A stretch of 64,000 nt of DNA from Batkoa obscura (taxonomy: Eukaryota): assembly GCA_030770535.1 (NCBI GenBank), contig JASVEC010000010.1, positions 620,001 to 684,000 on the forward strand, in the 5' to 3' direction. Below the pieces are notes generated by a model that had not been told where the DNA came from, did no database searches, and was given only the letters and a program-made list of their open reading frames with translations. Position 1 is the first letter of the stretch. Every line of letters starts with the position of its first letter. The position numbers and the translations under genes are program-made. This document shows, piece by piece, positions 25,170-38,465 of this stretch.

Positions 25170-27128
25170 TTAAAACCCAAAATGAAATTGATGTTCAAAA
25201 CCACCACCTTGATGACTTCCATGACCTCCTTTTTGAAAGAAAAACTGGAATGGATCACCACCTGAAAATGGATGTCCATGACCACCAAATGGATTCTCAT
25301 TATGTCCATGACCACCAGTAGGATCATTTGGATCATCTCCTTGATCAAATCGAGCTTTTAATTCTATATTAAAATAATTATTATTAATCTTAAGCCCATA
25401 GAAATAAAATAAATAATTTTATTTTTACCTTCATTTGATAATACTTCGTAAGCTTGATTTAATTCTGCCATTTTCTTTTCAACTTCTTCTTTTGGTAAAT
25501 CACCACGATAAGTATCTGGATGCCATTTTCTAGCTAATTTTAAAAATGCTTTTTTGATTTCTTTTTGTCCTGCATTTCGCGACACTTGTAAGATTTTATA
25601 ATAATCTTTTTGTTTACTTTGTTTAAGTTTAATTTGTGCATTTCTTAATTTTTCTTTAATCTAATACAAATATAAAAGTTAGTTAAATATTATTTGTTAT
25701 TTAATTATTACTCACCTTTTTATCTCCTTCTTTAATTTCATTAGCTTTCTTTAAATCTTGAATTGCTTCTTCATATTTTTCCATTAGTATATATACTTCA
25801 GATCTAGCTACTAAGGGTATTGAAGATTCTGGTTGAAGTTCAATTGCTTTTGTACAACTATCAATACTTTTTCCTTTATTTTTAAGCTAAATAATAATTA
25901 CTTAATTATAATAATAATATAAATAATATTATAACTTACTCTTTGATTAGCAATACAACTATAAATGTACAATTTGCCCATTAATTGATTTGGACCGAAA
26001 TCTGTAGCACCAATTTCATTAACAATTTCCTTTAATTTAGCTTCAATAGAAATTAATAAACCATCATTATTATCATTATCTAAAATTTCATTAATTTCTT
26101 TCCAATCTTTCTTTTTATAAAGTGTTTGTAAGTTGGCCATTTGTTTTTCACTCTTTTTAATTTGTTTAAATAAAGCTTTAAACTTTTTAGAATCCGGATC
26201 ATAATGCAATATCTTCTTAACATTTTTGATAGCTGCATCGAAATCATACATTATATAATAATTAATTAGAGTTAATTTTTGTAATGTTTCTTGATCTAAA
26301 GGAGATAATTGAATTACTCGACTATAAATAATAACAATAATTAGTTATTTATAGCATATTAATCTAATAAGTAACTTACGTCCAATCACCAATAGCTTCT
26401 TCATATAAATTTTGAGAAATAGCTGAATAAGCCCTTTTTTTACGTAATTCTAAAGCTTGTGGAGCTACCATTAATAGAAATGAAAATGTTTCCCCTGCCG
26501 ATTTAAATTCTTTGTTTTTTAATTGTTTTTCACCAACAGAAACTAATTGACTTGCTTCAGTTACTTTTTCTAACTAAAATAATAAAGACCGTTATTATTA
26601 TTACTTGATAACAATATAATAAAATAACTACTTACCAATTCAATAGTATCTTGATGTTGTTCATTAGTACTTAAAAATTGTTTTAAATCTTTAATAGCCA
26701 ATTCAAACTCGCCTTTTTTAGCATAAATTTTACCACGTTGCAAATAAGCCTAATTTCAAAATTAATAAATAACTAAACTATCAATAAGACATTAACTAAC
26801 CTGATTAAAATCGGGTTTAATATCCAAAATAGAAGAAAAATCATCAATAGCTTGTTGATTTCTACCAAGAGTAACTAAAGCAGTGGCGCGTTTAAAATAA
26901 CTTAGATAGTTTTTTGGATCAAGTTCTAAAAGTAATTTGTTAGATTTAAAGATTTCAAGAAATAAGTTTTTAAAATTTACCTATGGCATTATTATAAGCT
27001 TCTAAAGCATCAGTAAATTGACCTTGAGATAAAAAAGAGTTAGCTTCAGTTAACCACTGTTCACTATTTTTTTCACAATTAGTCAATTGAAGTTGAAGTA
27101 ACAACAATGAAAGTATATGGAATCTCAT
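25170..27128 (-). CDS. ER-lumenal TPR/J-domain co-chaperone (DNAJC3/P58IPK-like), multi-exon
   Basis: Signal peptide [15 protein letters not shown], TPRs ([13 protein letters not shown]), KDYYKIL...LARKWHPD J-domain, [10 protein letters not shown] and a G/F/H-rich tail. Confidence 0.92.
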
Positions 27129-27950
27129 TGTTTTAAAATAATAACAATAATAAAATTAAAAGAATAAAAAATTGAAATAACAGTCATATTGTAAATTTAA
27201 TTTATAGTTTGAGGAAAGTTTGGTAGCTAATTTTTTTTTATCAATAGCCAATCATTTTTTACACTTTTGAATTTTTGTTAATATTAGCAAATTATATTCT
27301 TTGTTCATAGTTCTTAACTAACTTAATTTCCAATCTTTTTAAACCACATAATCGAAATTGATTAAACTTTAAAAGCCAAGAATGACTATTGGCTTAATAA
27401 ATTAAATCATTTGTTATGGAAATTAATTGAAGCATGATCTGATTAATCTAAGCTTTATTTCTTAGTCTAAAATTAATCAAAAAAGTAAGCTTATTAACTT
27501 TTCCGTTATTATCGACTATCAAAATGGACAAGTCTTTAGAATTCAAAGCAAATAATTTAAGCTAACTGTTTTCAACAGTTTTTATAATCATAATTATACT
27601 ATCAAAAAAAAAAAGAAAGGGATTAAAGCAAATCAATATAATAAATTTAAACAAAAATCTAAATACAAATATAAAATTTATTTTATTGTTTCTTAATTTT
27701 ATAACTCAACTCAGAATAATTCCTCAACTCTACCAACCAATGTTTGAAACTAAAAGTTAATTATGAAAAAATGGATCAGCTAACTTTATAAAGTAGTACA
27801 AATTAATTTTTTAACTATTAATTCATATTTGAAAAGCATTATTTATTCAGTGTAGTAACTAAAGGTTATAATAAACTTAATTCTATTATTTATCAATATA
27901 TAACATCTAGTTTATCAGCTATCTTGATCTTATTTCACTTTAACAAATGC

Positions 27951-28800
27951 TACTCAGTTGATGAGCTTCTATGACTTGGATTGGGGTTATAGAGGCGTGA
28001 TCTTGCATGAAGTAGGAGTTCATCTCTGATGAAGCTACTGTTTGTATATTTTTCAAGTGAAGTCTAAAAGTATAATAAGTAATTTTCAAAATTGGTATAT
28101 ACTTTTACCTAAGTTAAGCTGATATAATTCTTATCAAGCTTTACACCTTGAAGTTTTTAAAAGGTTAGCTGTATCATGGAAAGTTTCAAATTCAACAACT
28201 CTATAAATCCAATTAATAAACTTATTAAATAGTTATTAAATTTACACTTTTTTTGAGCAACTTTCACCAAGAACAATATTTGAAATTTCTGCAGCGATTT
28301 CTACAGAAGCTTGAATATCTTAATAACGTTTTAGGTTGAATTTTTACTATTAGGTTATTATACTGCTTTGAAATTTGAATTGAAAGGGTGATTTCTAAGT
28401 ATAGTTCCACTTTAGGAATATACATAACACCGTTATTCTTTACTAAAAAACTAATATTTTAATTTTAATCTTTTTTAGTTCCTACTAATAAATTCTCCTT
28501 TTTATCATTCTTTACGAAAGGCGGAATACTTGATTGATCTATTAACATGTGTTAACTTTTGTACTAAATATTATAAATTATTTTTTCCCGAAAAATTCTA
28601 AGTCATTGAGTTTATAACTGCAAACTTCAACATCTTTAGCATGGCCAAAATCCAACATTCAAGCAAAATTAAGATATATACTATAAAGCAGGATTATTAT
28701 GGAGGCCAATCTTCAAAACTTCTCCGTAAGAAATGAGAAATTTTTCAACGTTTTTCTGTACAACTCCGCTAAGTAAATAATCAATATATACACGTAATAG
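27951..28800 (-). pseudogene. Decayed two-RRM SR splicing factor (SRSF4/5/6-Srp2-like) pseudogene
   Basis: RVYIDYL...NVEKFLISYGEV...DFGHAKDVEVCSYKLNDLEFFG (RRM1) and VVEFETFHD...KLQGVKLD (RRM2); no ATG, frameshifts, stops and damaged splice sites. Confidence 0.68.
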
Positions 28801-29062
28801 GTTTTTTTAGGAGCAGTATATTTAGTTGAAAACAAATAGGCAAAATAAGTACAGAGGGATGGCTGGGGAAGAAAAAGTCAATTAGGGGACGCAAGCATCC
28901 CTCAAAAACTAAGATATTTTGAAAAGTATTACAAGCTTATGCTAGTCAAGGTATTTAAATGACGTAACATATATTTATTGCAACCATACTTTGAATTATG
29001 AGTGTTGTTATCTAAACAAAAATAAGGAGTAAGTCCAATTAGTTTTGAAAAGGTATGCAATT

Positions 29063-29167
29063 ACATACGGATGTATTTTTTCGTTTAGGAGTTTTACTAA
29101 TAGCTTTTCCACTCAAATAGTACTTAAAAAATAGAAAAAGTGATAAAACCAAAAAAACACCCCATAT
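29063..29167 (-). mobile_element. MITE copy
   Basis: GGATGTATTTTTTCGTTTAGGAGTTTTACTAATAG...CCAAAAAAACACCCC-ATAT. Confidence 0.85.
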
Positions 29168-29173
29168 TCTAGC

Positions 29174-29280
29174 ATATGGGAGTGTTTTTTTTGACTTCAT
29201 TATTTTTTCCATTTTTCAAGCGCTATTTAAGTGGAAAAATTGTTAATAAAATTCTTAGACACGAAAATACATCCCCATAT
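29174..29280 (+). mobile_element. MITE copy, inverted partner 6 bp from the previous copy
   Basis: ATAT-GGGAGTGTTTTTTTTGACTTCATT...AAAATACATCCCC-ATAT. Confidence 0.9.
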
Positions 29281-29641
29281 ATTTACAATTTTATTTGTAT
29301 GATTTATAAGATAAGTTTATATTAAATATCAATTCACTCAATGTCAAAGTTTTTCTTTAAATAAATGGAAATTAATAAGTTTAAAAAATATAGATGGGCA
29401 CACATTTTATTTCAAGCTTTAACTGGTACTTTAATTTAATCTATTCAAAAAATGACCATAATATTAACAAGAAAGATTTATATTATAACATCTTGTGTTT
29501 AGTTTTGGACATTGATCTCAAGCATTAATAGCAGTGCCCTAAATTTAAACGCAAAATGTTATGGTATATAAACGATAGCAAAAACCAAATTAAAAGACTT
29601 AACAATCTCATCAAAATAACAAAATAAAACATTAAAAAACT

Positions 29642-30961
29642 TTAATTTTTAACATCTCCACTAGTTCCCTCTTGACTTTCCCTTTCCTTTTTTCTAAGAG
29701 CTCTTTTGCGAGTGGATACCATTTGATCTAAAAAAGACCATCAATATCATTAAATAATAAAATAAATATTAAACTTACCCTTATTTAAAAAGATCCAAAA
29801 GTCTAAGTTAGCAAAATTAGAAGTAAGTGCATGAATAATAGCATGTGGGAAATAGGGAGTTGAATTATTAGGGATATTAGAACCACCTGGGACACCAATC
29901 TTATTCAATACAGTTTTAGCAAAAGATTCAGCTGTTGGAATAAGGAAAGAAGATTTTTTAAATTTAGATAATTTAGAAACCACAAAATAAGGGATGATAT
30001 TAGTAACTAAGATCTTATCTTTTTCCAATTCAGGTCCTAAAGCTGCTGAAAAAGTTTGTAAAAAGGATTTACTACTTGAATAAGTAGTCAATAAGGGGGT
30101 AGGGATTAAACCAGCAAAAGAACCAATATTCATAATCAAACCTGAATAATCACTACTATTAGTAGCCTTCTTCATTACTGGTATAATTAATTTGGTCATA
30201 AATAAAGTTCCATAAACATTGATATTCAAGATATCTTCAATTTCGCTATCTTCTTCTTCTTCAAGGTATTTAGGATGTTCGTGACTTTTACCAACATTGT
30301 TAACTATAAAGTTATTAGCTCAATTTATTAAATGCTAATTTTACTTACTTAAAATATGGATAGGTAAATCTTTAATCAATTGTTTTACAGGTTCAAATTT
30401 AGCTACTCCAGGTTTAGCGAAATCCAAAGCTAAAGTTTTGATTTCTACCTCGTTGTCTTTACCTAATAAAAGTTGTTATTTATGTTATTTATTATCGCAG
30501 TTTTACAGCTTACTTATTTCCTCTTTAAGTTGATCTAACTTGGATTGAGTACGAGAGATTAAGACTAAATTAAATTTCTCTTTAGCAAGTAATAAGGTTA
30601 ACTCTTTTCCAATTCCATCAGTACATCCAGTAATTACTAATATCTAAGCTTAGTTTAATTTCTAAAATAAAAACTTTCTATTTACCTGCCCATGCTCCAG
30701 TATTGGCGCCGAATTCTTTAATCTAAAAGCTTAGTTATTGAAAAGTTTTTAATGTGCTAAGTGAACAAATTACATTCTTTCCTGGTGCAATATAGCAACT
30801 AAAGATGGTACCGACGATAGGTAAAATTTTATAACAAATATAAACCAATCCGAAAAATTTCAAGGCTTGACTAACAAGTTCATTTTCTAAAATTCCTAGA
30901 GTAATGTATTGTATTGATTTCTTATACTTCTAAATTGCAAAGTACCATATAAAATATCCAT
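29642..30961 (-). CDS. IFA38: Very-long-chain 3-oxoacyl-CoA reductase (SDR), multi-exon
   Basis: [49 protein letters not shown] catalytic motif, [15 protein letters not shown] tail. Confidence 0.93.
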
Positions 30962-31195
30962 TTTATAAAAAAAAGTAACTTTAAAAAATATAAAAAATTC
31001 GAGTTTTAAGATGACTCAATAATTATAGTTTAAGCCAATAAAAGATAGCCTTGTAGTTAAGGTAAAAGGAATGTTATTATTCCATAAATTTAAAGGGATG
31101 ATTAGTCATTTGAAATAAATTATAACTACCTAAAATACAATAAATAGATAAAACAGTAATAAAATCAACTACATTATTAAAAGAAAACAAAAATT

Positions 31196-31798
31196 TTATT
31201 CAACTAAAGCCACACATTCAATCTCAACTTTAACATCCTTAGGAAGACGAGCAACTTCAACAGCTGCACGAGCTGGACGGTGTTCACCAAAGTGCTATTA
31301 AACCTATAAATAAAAGTACTAAAAAAAATCAAAATCTCTTACCTCAGCATAAACTTCATTCATTTTAACAAAGTCATTCATATCCTTTAAAAATACAGTA
31401 GTTTTAATTACTTTGTTAAAGTCAGAGTCAGCAGCCTTTAATACTTGTCTTAAATTTTTCAAACTTTGATGCTAGATTTTAAAAATTTAAATTTAGAATT
31501 ATTATTCATTTAATTCAATAGCTATATAACTTACAGTTTGGCTAGTAATATCTTCTGGAATACTACCATCTTCTGGAACTACAGGAATTTGACCAGATAC
31601 AAATACAAAACCATTAGCTTTGATGGCTTGGGCTATATGGAAATTGGTGTTACTGTTGTTGATATCAGTAACATTTTAAAATTATGACTTACAATATGGT
31701 CCAATAGCTTTAGGAGCTAGTTCGGTATGTACTACTTTTAAATTTGACATGTTACGTACTTGAGTTTTAAGACTACGAATGATATTAGTTGCAAACAT
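31196..31798 (-). CDS. MMF1: RidA/YjgF/UK114 enamine deaminase with mitochondrial presequence
   Basis: [62 protein letters not shown]. Confidence 0.93.
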
Positions 31799-32306
31799 TA
31801 AAACAAAGTTTAAATATACTTTTCAAGCTTATGTCATCTTTTTACTTTGACTAAACTCGGTGGTAGGTAACGCTATCTTATTGGTTGCAATTAATTTTCT
31901 AAAAGTACTAAAGAACAAAACTGGGTCAATTTATACCCACGGTGCAACATTTTTTAGAAAAGTGTAACCAAAGCTAGAGAAATGTTTTAAAACACTGGAG
32001 ATTAAACATTATAAGCAAAAATTTAACAAAATAGTGATTTTAGTATTTTGTTGTTTTTGGTAAGTTTTTTACTTGTTATTGCCAACTGTTAGAGTTTTTA
32101 TATATATTTCAAAAGGATATAATCGCAAAAATAGTAAATTATGCATAAACAGGATGAAAACGAAGGTTATCCCTTCTATAGAAAATCAATAGATTATTTC
32201 TTAAATTTTAAATCTTGAATACAAAAAATTATTTTCAATATTAACTAGGCATTTAAGTCCATTCAAATAAAAAATTACAATTTAATTAATATGATATAAA
32301 CAAGAA

Positions 32307-34240
32307 CTAATGCTTATTAGATAAGAAAGCGATGGTATTGTTCCAAGAAGAATTCCAGGAGGTGACAAGATTGGCAGATAGTGTAGATTGTGTTCTTTTA
32401 TGTGGATTAAAAAATCTTTTCTTTGAGCTTTGTAAAAGGCTACTAAAATTATTTTGTTGTGTATTAAGAACATTTTGTAAATTAGGTAAATTAGGTAGAG
32501 CTCTAAACAATGTATTATTTTTCTTTCCATCCTCTTTATTATTGTTTGGTAGTAAATGCATCAGATCTAAATTTGTATTCGGACTAATAAACTACATTTA
32601 ATACTTTTATAATTTGATTTTATATTATACTTACGGTAATGCTTCTAATCGATAAGCTAAATCTATGATATTTGATATATCTATAACTTTAGGATAATTT
32701 TGTAATAATTTCAAATTATCAGCAAAATTGCCTATCAGTAATTGATCTTTAACTAAACATAGCATAGCAACCCCTACCATAACCATTGTATTTAAAGGTG
32801 AAATATTAGAAGCTGGGGAAACCGAAGGAAATCCATTTTCAGAAGCTAAATAAATAGGAGTATGTGAGAATAAAGCATCCCACAGCCTTATAACATCTGG
32901 GAGATCAAATTCTTGAGATCCTAATACGGTAATCCATCTAAAAGCAAAATACGTGGGATCCAGGCCCTTATTTTTCAAATCTTGATACAGTTCAGGTGAA
33001 ACTTGTTTTAGTTTACACTCTAATAATTTTATTGTAGCGGATACTCCCACCCTCTTATCACGATCTAATTGCTTAACATATTGATCTCTAACCGACCCCA
33101 TAACTGCAGTAAAAAGATAAAATGCATCTGCTTCTGCATGCTCTCTACCCATCAGTGATGAGTTGGGTGAATCGTTGGCAACAACGTAGTAAATTGGTCC
33201 TAATATCTCATTCATACCTTGGACATACCCTACCCCTGGGTTTAACTTGGCATATATAAACAAAATCCTTTCCATCGCTTCCCAATGCAAGTCAATAATT
33301 TCATCTCCTTCATCTTGAGGGATAATGATACTTAGTGGATGATTGACAATCTTATCTTCTAATTCATTTTGGGGTGTAAGTAATTCGTTGGAAGTTATTG
33401 GAGTCAATTCTACTCCATCTGACAAAAATCCATCAAGTTCTTCTAGGGTAGTGATACTATTACTACTTGAATTTTTTGTACGATTGATCGCTCCATAACA
33501 TGAATATGCTCTTTTGTGACCTTCTGGTCGCTTTCTTACACCTATATTATCTTGGCTTAATTGTTGAAATAGATATCTTCTGTCCTGAGCAGATATATTT
33601 TCAAATGGGGTAGGTTGGTCTAATATATCATTAAATGAAGTAAAGTTAAACTTCTCGCTAATAGGAGAAGAAGGTGCAGTAGAAATTCTAGAGCTTGAAT
33701 CAAATACAGGCAATTGAAAAAAAGCATGGTCACTTAAAGTCCTTCTAACATCCATATCAATTTGTTCTAATAAACTACTGTCTTTTAATATATTTGCTTG
33801 CCCTTGATTAATTTTGGTTTTTCTTAATTCTTCTTTATCTTGTTCTGTTAATGGGAATCTATGCCCTTGATCCTCTACTAAGTCTTTTACAAAGCCATAA
33901 TAAGCTCTTCGTGAATCTGCTAAATGACTTGACCACAATCTCTTATCACTGGGTAATGTACGAAGTAATAACTTCCAACATAATGGACGATACCCTGGTA
34001 CATCGGGAATACCTAGTAATGGTTAATCATTTGATTCAAGTTCATTCTTATTATCCTACCATTTGAACACAACTTTCTTAACTGGTCCATATCCACATAA
34101 TTAAGTTCTGGATAACTTTCATCCTGCTCTAATACCGGATAACTTAATAAATCGGAAAATAACTTTTTTCTATCAATAAACATAATATTAGAGAAATATT
34201 GATAACAGTTATTGTTGATTTACCTTATATTATATTTCAT
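32307..34240 (-). CDS. TBC Rab-GAP (TBC1D13-like), 4 exons
   Basis: GIPD..RPLCWKLLL, QIDMDVRRT (Arg finger), YAKLNPGVGYVQGMNE (Gln finger), FAFRWIT, LPDVIRLWD, LKLLQNYP. Confidence 0.9.
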
Positions 34241-35512
34241 TATTTACAAATTCAAAAATAATCGTTAAAGAATTTTCAATTTTAAAATTTTATCCTCTTC
34301 GGGTTCCATTAATTAAATTAGCTTCCTTATTTAGCAAAAACAATTTTCTTCAGTCAATTTTCAATAGTTTATAAATAATTGTAAAACTTATGCACAACTT
34401 AAAGCCTAACTATTGATTTCTTTTTCACCCATTTATTTGTTTTCTTAATGAAAGGATGGCTTAGAACCCTCCCTTTTTGAATTAGGATTTCAATATTTGC
34501 CCACCTTTCGTTTTACATTTTTGGTGCTAATAAATCAACTTTTTTAAGGTTAATCTATTGTTTTTTAATCAACAGATACCATAAAAATTTCAAAAAATCA
34601 AGATTTTTATCATTAATTGGGCTTCTGTTTTAGCCTTCTTTTTAGATTTAGTAACAAGACGGATGAATGATAAAACTCAGTCTTCTAAAATTAGCTTATT
34701 GAATAACAATCTTATTATAAGATAAAGCTAAATAAAATGGAATAATTAATATTAACGACTAATCAGTTTAAACAAAAGGAAAATTGAAGTTTATCATTAA
34801 ATCATGAAATTAATTTTATTAAAATCAATTGAAGAACTAAAATGACTTATGTCTATTATTAGTACTTAAATCACTTTTGATGTTTTTATTTTTAGACCTT
34901 TTTTTCAAAATAGTTGGCAATGTTATAATATTTTTAAAGCAGACAGCTTCAATTCAAAAAGCAAAGAACCTTTTGATTAAAAAGCGAATGGTTTTCAGCA
35001 ATAAAAAGCAAAAAAATATTTAGAATTTTGTAAAGACAATCAATATATTTCAAAATATGATGACAGAAACTTTATACATTACTAATAAAAATGTTATTAT
35101 AAAAAAGCAGTTCCTATATTAATATTATACTATTTAAAAGCATCCTTATTAAAATATACGTTAATAATAAATCAAACCTTTTAACTAAATTAGAAAAGTA
35201 TTTCAAGGTTAGTTTAATTTATGATTTTCCGCATTATAATAAAGTATTGGTTTCTATTGATAATGAAAATAATTACTATATTCTATACTGTTACTATTGA
35301 TGCAACAATTCAACTGTGCTGCTCTTATTAGAATTAACAATGAACTATTTAATAAATAGAGCAAATAATAAATAGAGCAAAGTTCTTCAGCCTTTTCATA
35401 TTTTATTTGGTAAAGTATATTGAAGTTCATTATCTAAAGATATTGTAACTATTAACGCCAGTCATTTTTCTTTTTCACGCTTTCTGCCTATTTTTTCTTG
35501 CTTTTAATCAAC

Positions 35513-35618
35513 GTATGAGGATGTTTTTTTTGGTTTCATTACTTTTCCATTTTTTAAGCGCTATTTGAGTGGAAATATTGTTAGTAAAATTGTTAAACAA
35601 AAAAATACATCCCCATAT
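35513..35618 (+). mobile_element. MITE copy
   Basis: GAGGATGTTTTTTTTGGTTTCATT...AAAAAATACATCCCC-ATAT. Confidence 0.9.
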
Positions 35619-35751
35619 TCCAACAAATCTCAAACAAATTAAAATCTGATAAAAACTAAAATGAATGATCTTCAAAAAAATAATCAAACTTTTTTATTTT
35701 AATTAATGTAAACTATCAAAAATAATTATGATTAATATTAAATTATATAAC

Positions 35752-37557
35752 TTAAGAATTATTAGTATTAATATTAGCATTTTCAACTAAAAAATCTAAT
35801 AATTTTTTCTTATCTACTACTTCAACAAGTTGTCGAACTGCATTAAGTTGTCGATAAACTGGACGTGCTATTTTTATATAGGGTTTGGTTAAAGCTTCTT
35901 TTGAAACCCCTGGAATAATGGATTCGATTTCTTCATTGTTATCTTCCTTTTGAGTGCTCTATAATACAATCAGTATGCAAAAATAATAGTTTGAAAAAGA
36001 ATTACTGTTATTTCATTGATAAGTTTCTTGAACTTTTCCCTTAAGTCATTATTAACAGTAGAGTCACTGTCCACAGTACCCTTTGGCTCTTCTTTTGTTT
36101 CTTTATTTTTAGTAATGTTTCCAAGTGAGTTGATTACCTAATAAAAAAACATTAACCGAAATAAAATTTAATTGAACAAAATTTACATTTAATTGATTTT
36201 GAACATTAGTACGTGGTTCAATAAGTTTAGCAATAATATCTTGCTGCATGATGTTTTTGATTTCATTAAAGCGCGCAAGTTTTTTATTCCTAAACCAATG
36301 TCAATAAACTTGTAATTGTATGAAACATAAAACCATTTTACTCTGCAACTTTTGTAACAAACTCCATAGTTATTCTTTCTTCATCAACCTCCAGCTCATT
36401 AGAAGTATCACCCTTAGTTCCGTTTATCCCTTTAACTTGACATTTAAACTTCTTTGTTTTTGGAGCAACATGATCGGCATGAGCTGGGCATTTCCACCTA
36501 CGGTGAGATTGAGGTGGGACTGCCATTGGTGGATTAACACAGTCCATATGCCAGTAACTTGGGCAATAGTCGCACCCTACCATTGGACCAGCAAATACCG
36601 ATTTACGGCATTTATAACAAAGTATAATGTTATTATCTTTATCCCTAACCTTTTTAAAATGATTTATATCAGTTTGTACAGGCCCAGTTCTATATAAAGA
36701 ATCAGAAATAAATAAATATACCGTAGAAAACTACCTTTGTTTTGGGTTTTTTAATACTGAGGTGTCAACAAATTCTCCAAATTCATTAGTACCAACTATA
36801 AAGTATTAGAAAATATGCTTAAATAAAGCTTTAGTTATTTCACCTCCTTCAAAAAGACTTTTTATCTCATTTGGAATATTAAATGAAGATGGATTTTTAC
36901 GGTTTATAACTTCTAATAAATTGCCAAAAATGCCTTTAGTTGAAAATCCTTTTGGTAACTAAAATAAATATTAAAGGTTTTTTACGATTAAATACATAAA
37001 CCGAAATTACAGGCAATGGCTTGCACACTCTACAATACCAATCATCAGCAGGAAGATTATCAGGATCAACTGGTGGATCAAGGCAAGTGAAATGAAAGGA
37101 ACGTGGGCAACTATCACAGCATAAAAAAGTGCCCGTGCCATTACAACATTCACAGTAATCATTATTCTTTATAAAGATAAGAAATTATTTGGTTATTTAA
37201 TCAATTTAAATAAAATTTTACCCTTTTGAAGTCAAAGTTTTTAAAATTCAATTGAGTTACGGCAGTTTTTTTCCTGGTACTCTTTCTAAAAGCAGGCTTA
37301 AAAGGGTCATCATTGATTGGGAATATTCTGCTATCAATTTTTATTATTATACCTTAATATTAAATGATGAAATATACTTACTCTTTCTTTTTCTTTTTTT
37401 TAGGGGAAGTTATATGTTCACTCTTGTTTGCATTTTCTGGAGCATGGGTTAAAGTTATTACCGGGTTAGGTTGAGGAATAGGAGCATTATGATTTAGTGC
37501 AAATAAATTCACCGGGTCTGATTCCTTAACTTCATTAATCCGTTTCATTTTTAGCAT
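35752..37557 (-). CDS. RCO1: Double-PHD finger protein, Rpd3S subunit Rco1/Cph-like, multi-exon
   Basis: PHD1 NNDYCECC...LCCDSCPRSFHFTCLDPP..WYCRVC; linker GIFGNLL..NPSSFNIP; PHD2 CYKC...CDYCPSYWHMDCVNPP..WKCPAH. Confidence 0.8.
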
Positions 37558-38465
37558 TAAATACTTATTAACTAATCAAAAATGATTAATAGTATTAAAA
37601 GAAAATTTAGTTTAAATATTAATGGAGTAAGTCATTTGATGATTTATAGCCAATCAAACAGGATTCATTTGGTTGGGCAAGTGGATGTGCCCTTTTATTT
37701 GATCATTTATTTATTTACTCAATTAAATGTGAAGAAATCTTAAATTCAAATAATATTCAATGTTACAACGTCTCTAGAAGTAAAAGAGACCCCTACAGTT
37801 AGATATATTTGAATAAAATTGTGTATTACTTTTCGTGTTGATATAATTATTCTAGTATATTATGATTCAAAACAAAATGTAACTTAATGAGCTTAAAATA
37901 TTATATATTACCTCTTTAGTATATTCTTGGTTATAAAGATATAAAATACTAGTATAAGTTTAAAACAGAAGACGTATTAGAAACTAAAAAACAGCTAAAT
38001 ATAAATATAAATATAATAAAAATTTATTCTCTTTGATCAATCAGAAGAGCTAAAGCATTTATAATATTAAAAATACACAAAATTAGAACATTAATTTATA
38101 ATGTACTTCACTATTCTTATAACTACACTTTATACTTATGACCATTACCAGAAGTTTTATATTAAATTATAAATTTCAGCATTTTGGTTTATAAAATATG
38201 TTTAAAAATAACAACTTGCTTGAAAAAAATTACCAAAATCCTCTATCTTTAAAAACAATAGACTGTATAAAAATAGAAGGATAAAATATTACTGTTTATC
38301 AGATAGTATATAAAATTAAATTAAAAATAATAATACCGGATAAAAGCAAAAACTAAATGACATCACCTCCTTGGATTTTGAAATGAATACGCGAAGAATC
38401 AAAAAGAGAGCTATTATAGTATAAAAGGAATAAGAATGATGAGTTTTATTTTATTTTATAAAAAA

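Noticed and set aside
25094..25348. His/Asp-rich 75-aa and 60-aa ORFs
   Set aside because: Antisense or alternative-frame products of the DNAJC3 last exon plus MITE sequence.
27958..28029. Possible box C/D snoRNA (TGATGA...CTGA) on the + strand
   Set aside because: No rRNA or snRNA target recognised, and the segment is explained as the last exon of the minus-strand SR pseudogene; not excluded without snoscan.
22927..29280. Repeats considered as a CRISPR array or SINE
   Set aside because: Dispersed, not regularly spaced, with TIRs and no Pol III A/B boxes or poly(A) tail; eukaryotic context.
34450..34525. Imperfect hairpin GAAAGG...CCTTTC followed by Sm-like ATTTTTGG
   Set aside because: No recognisable U snRNA motifs; lies in the TBC gene promoter region.
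36320..36697. 125-aa + strand ORF (similarly 1120-1353, 4731-4916, 32332-32601, 45170-45364, 61622-61816, 63503-63781)
   Set aside because: Antisense to well-supported exons, with no independent coding signal.
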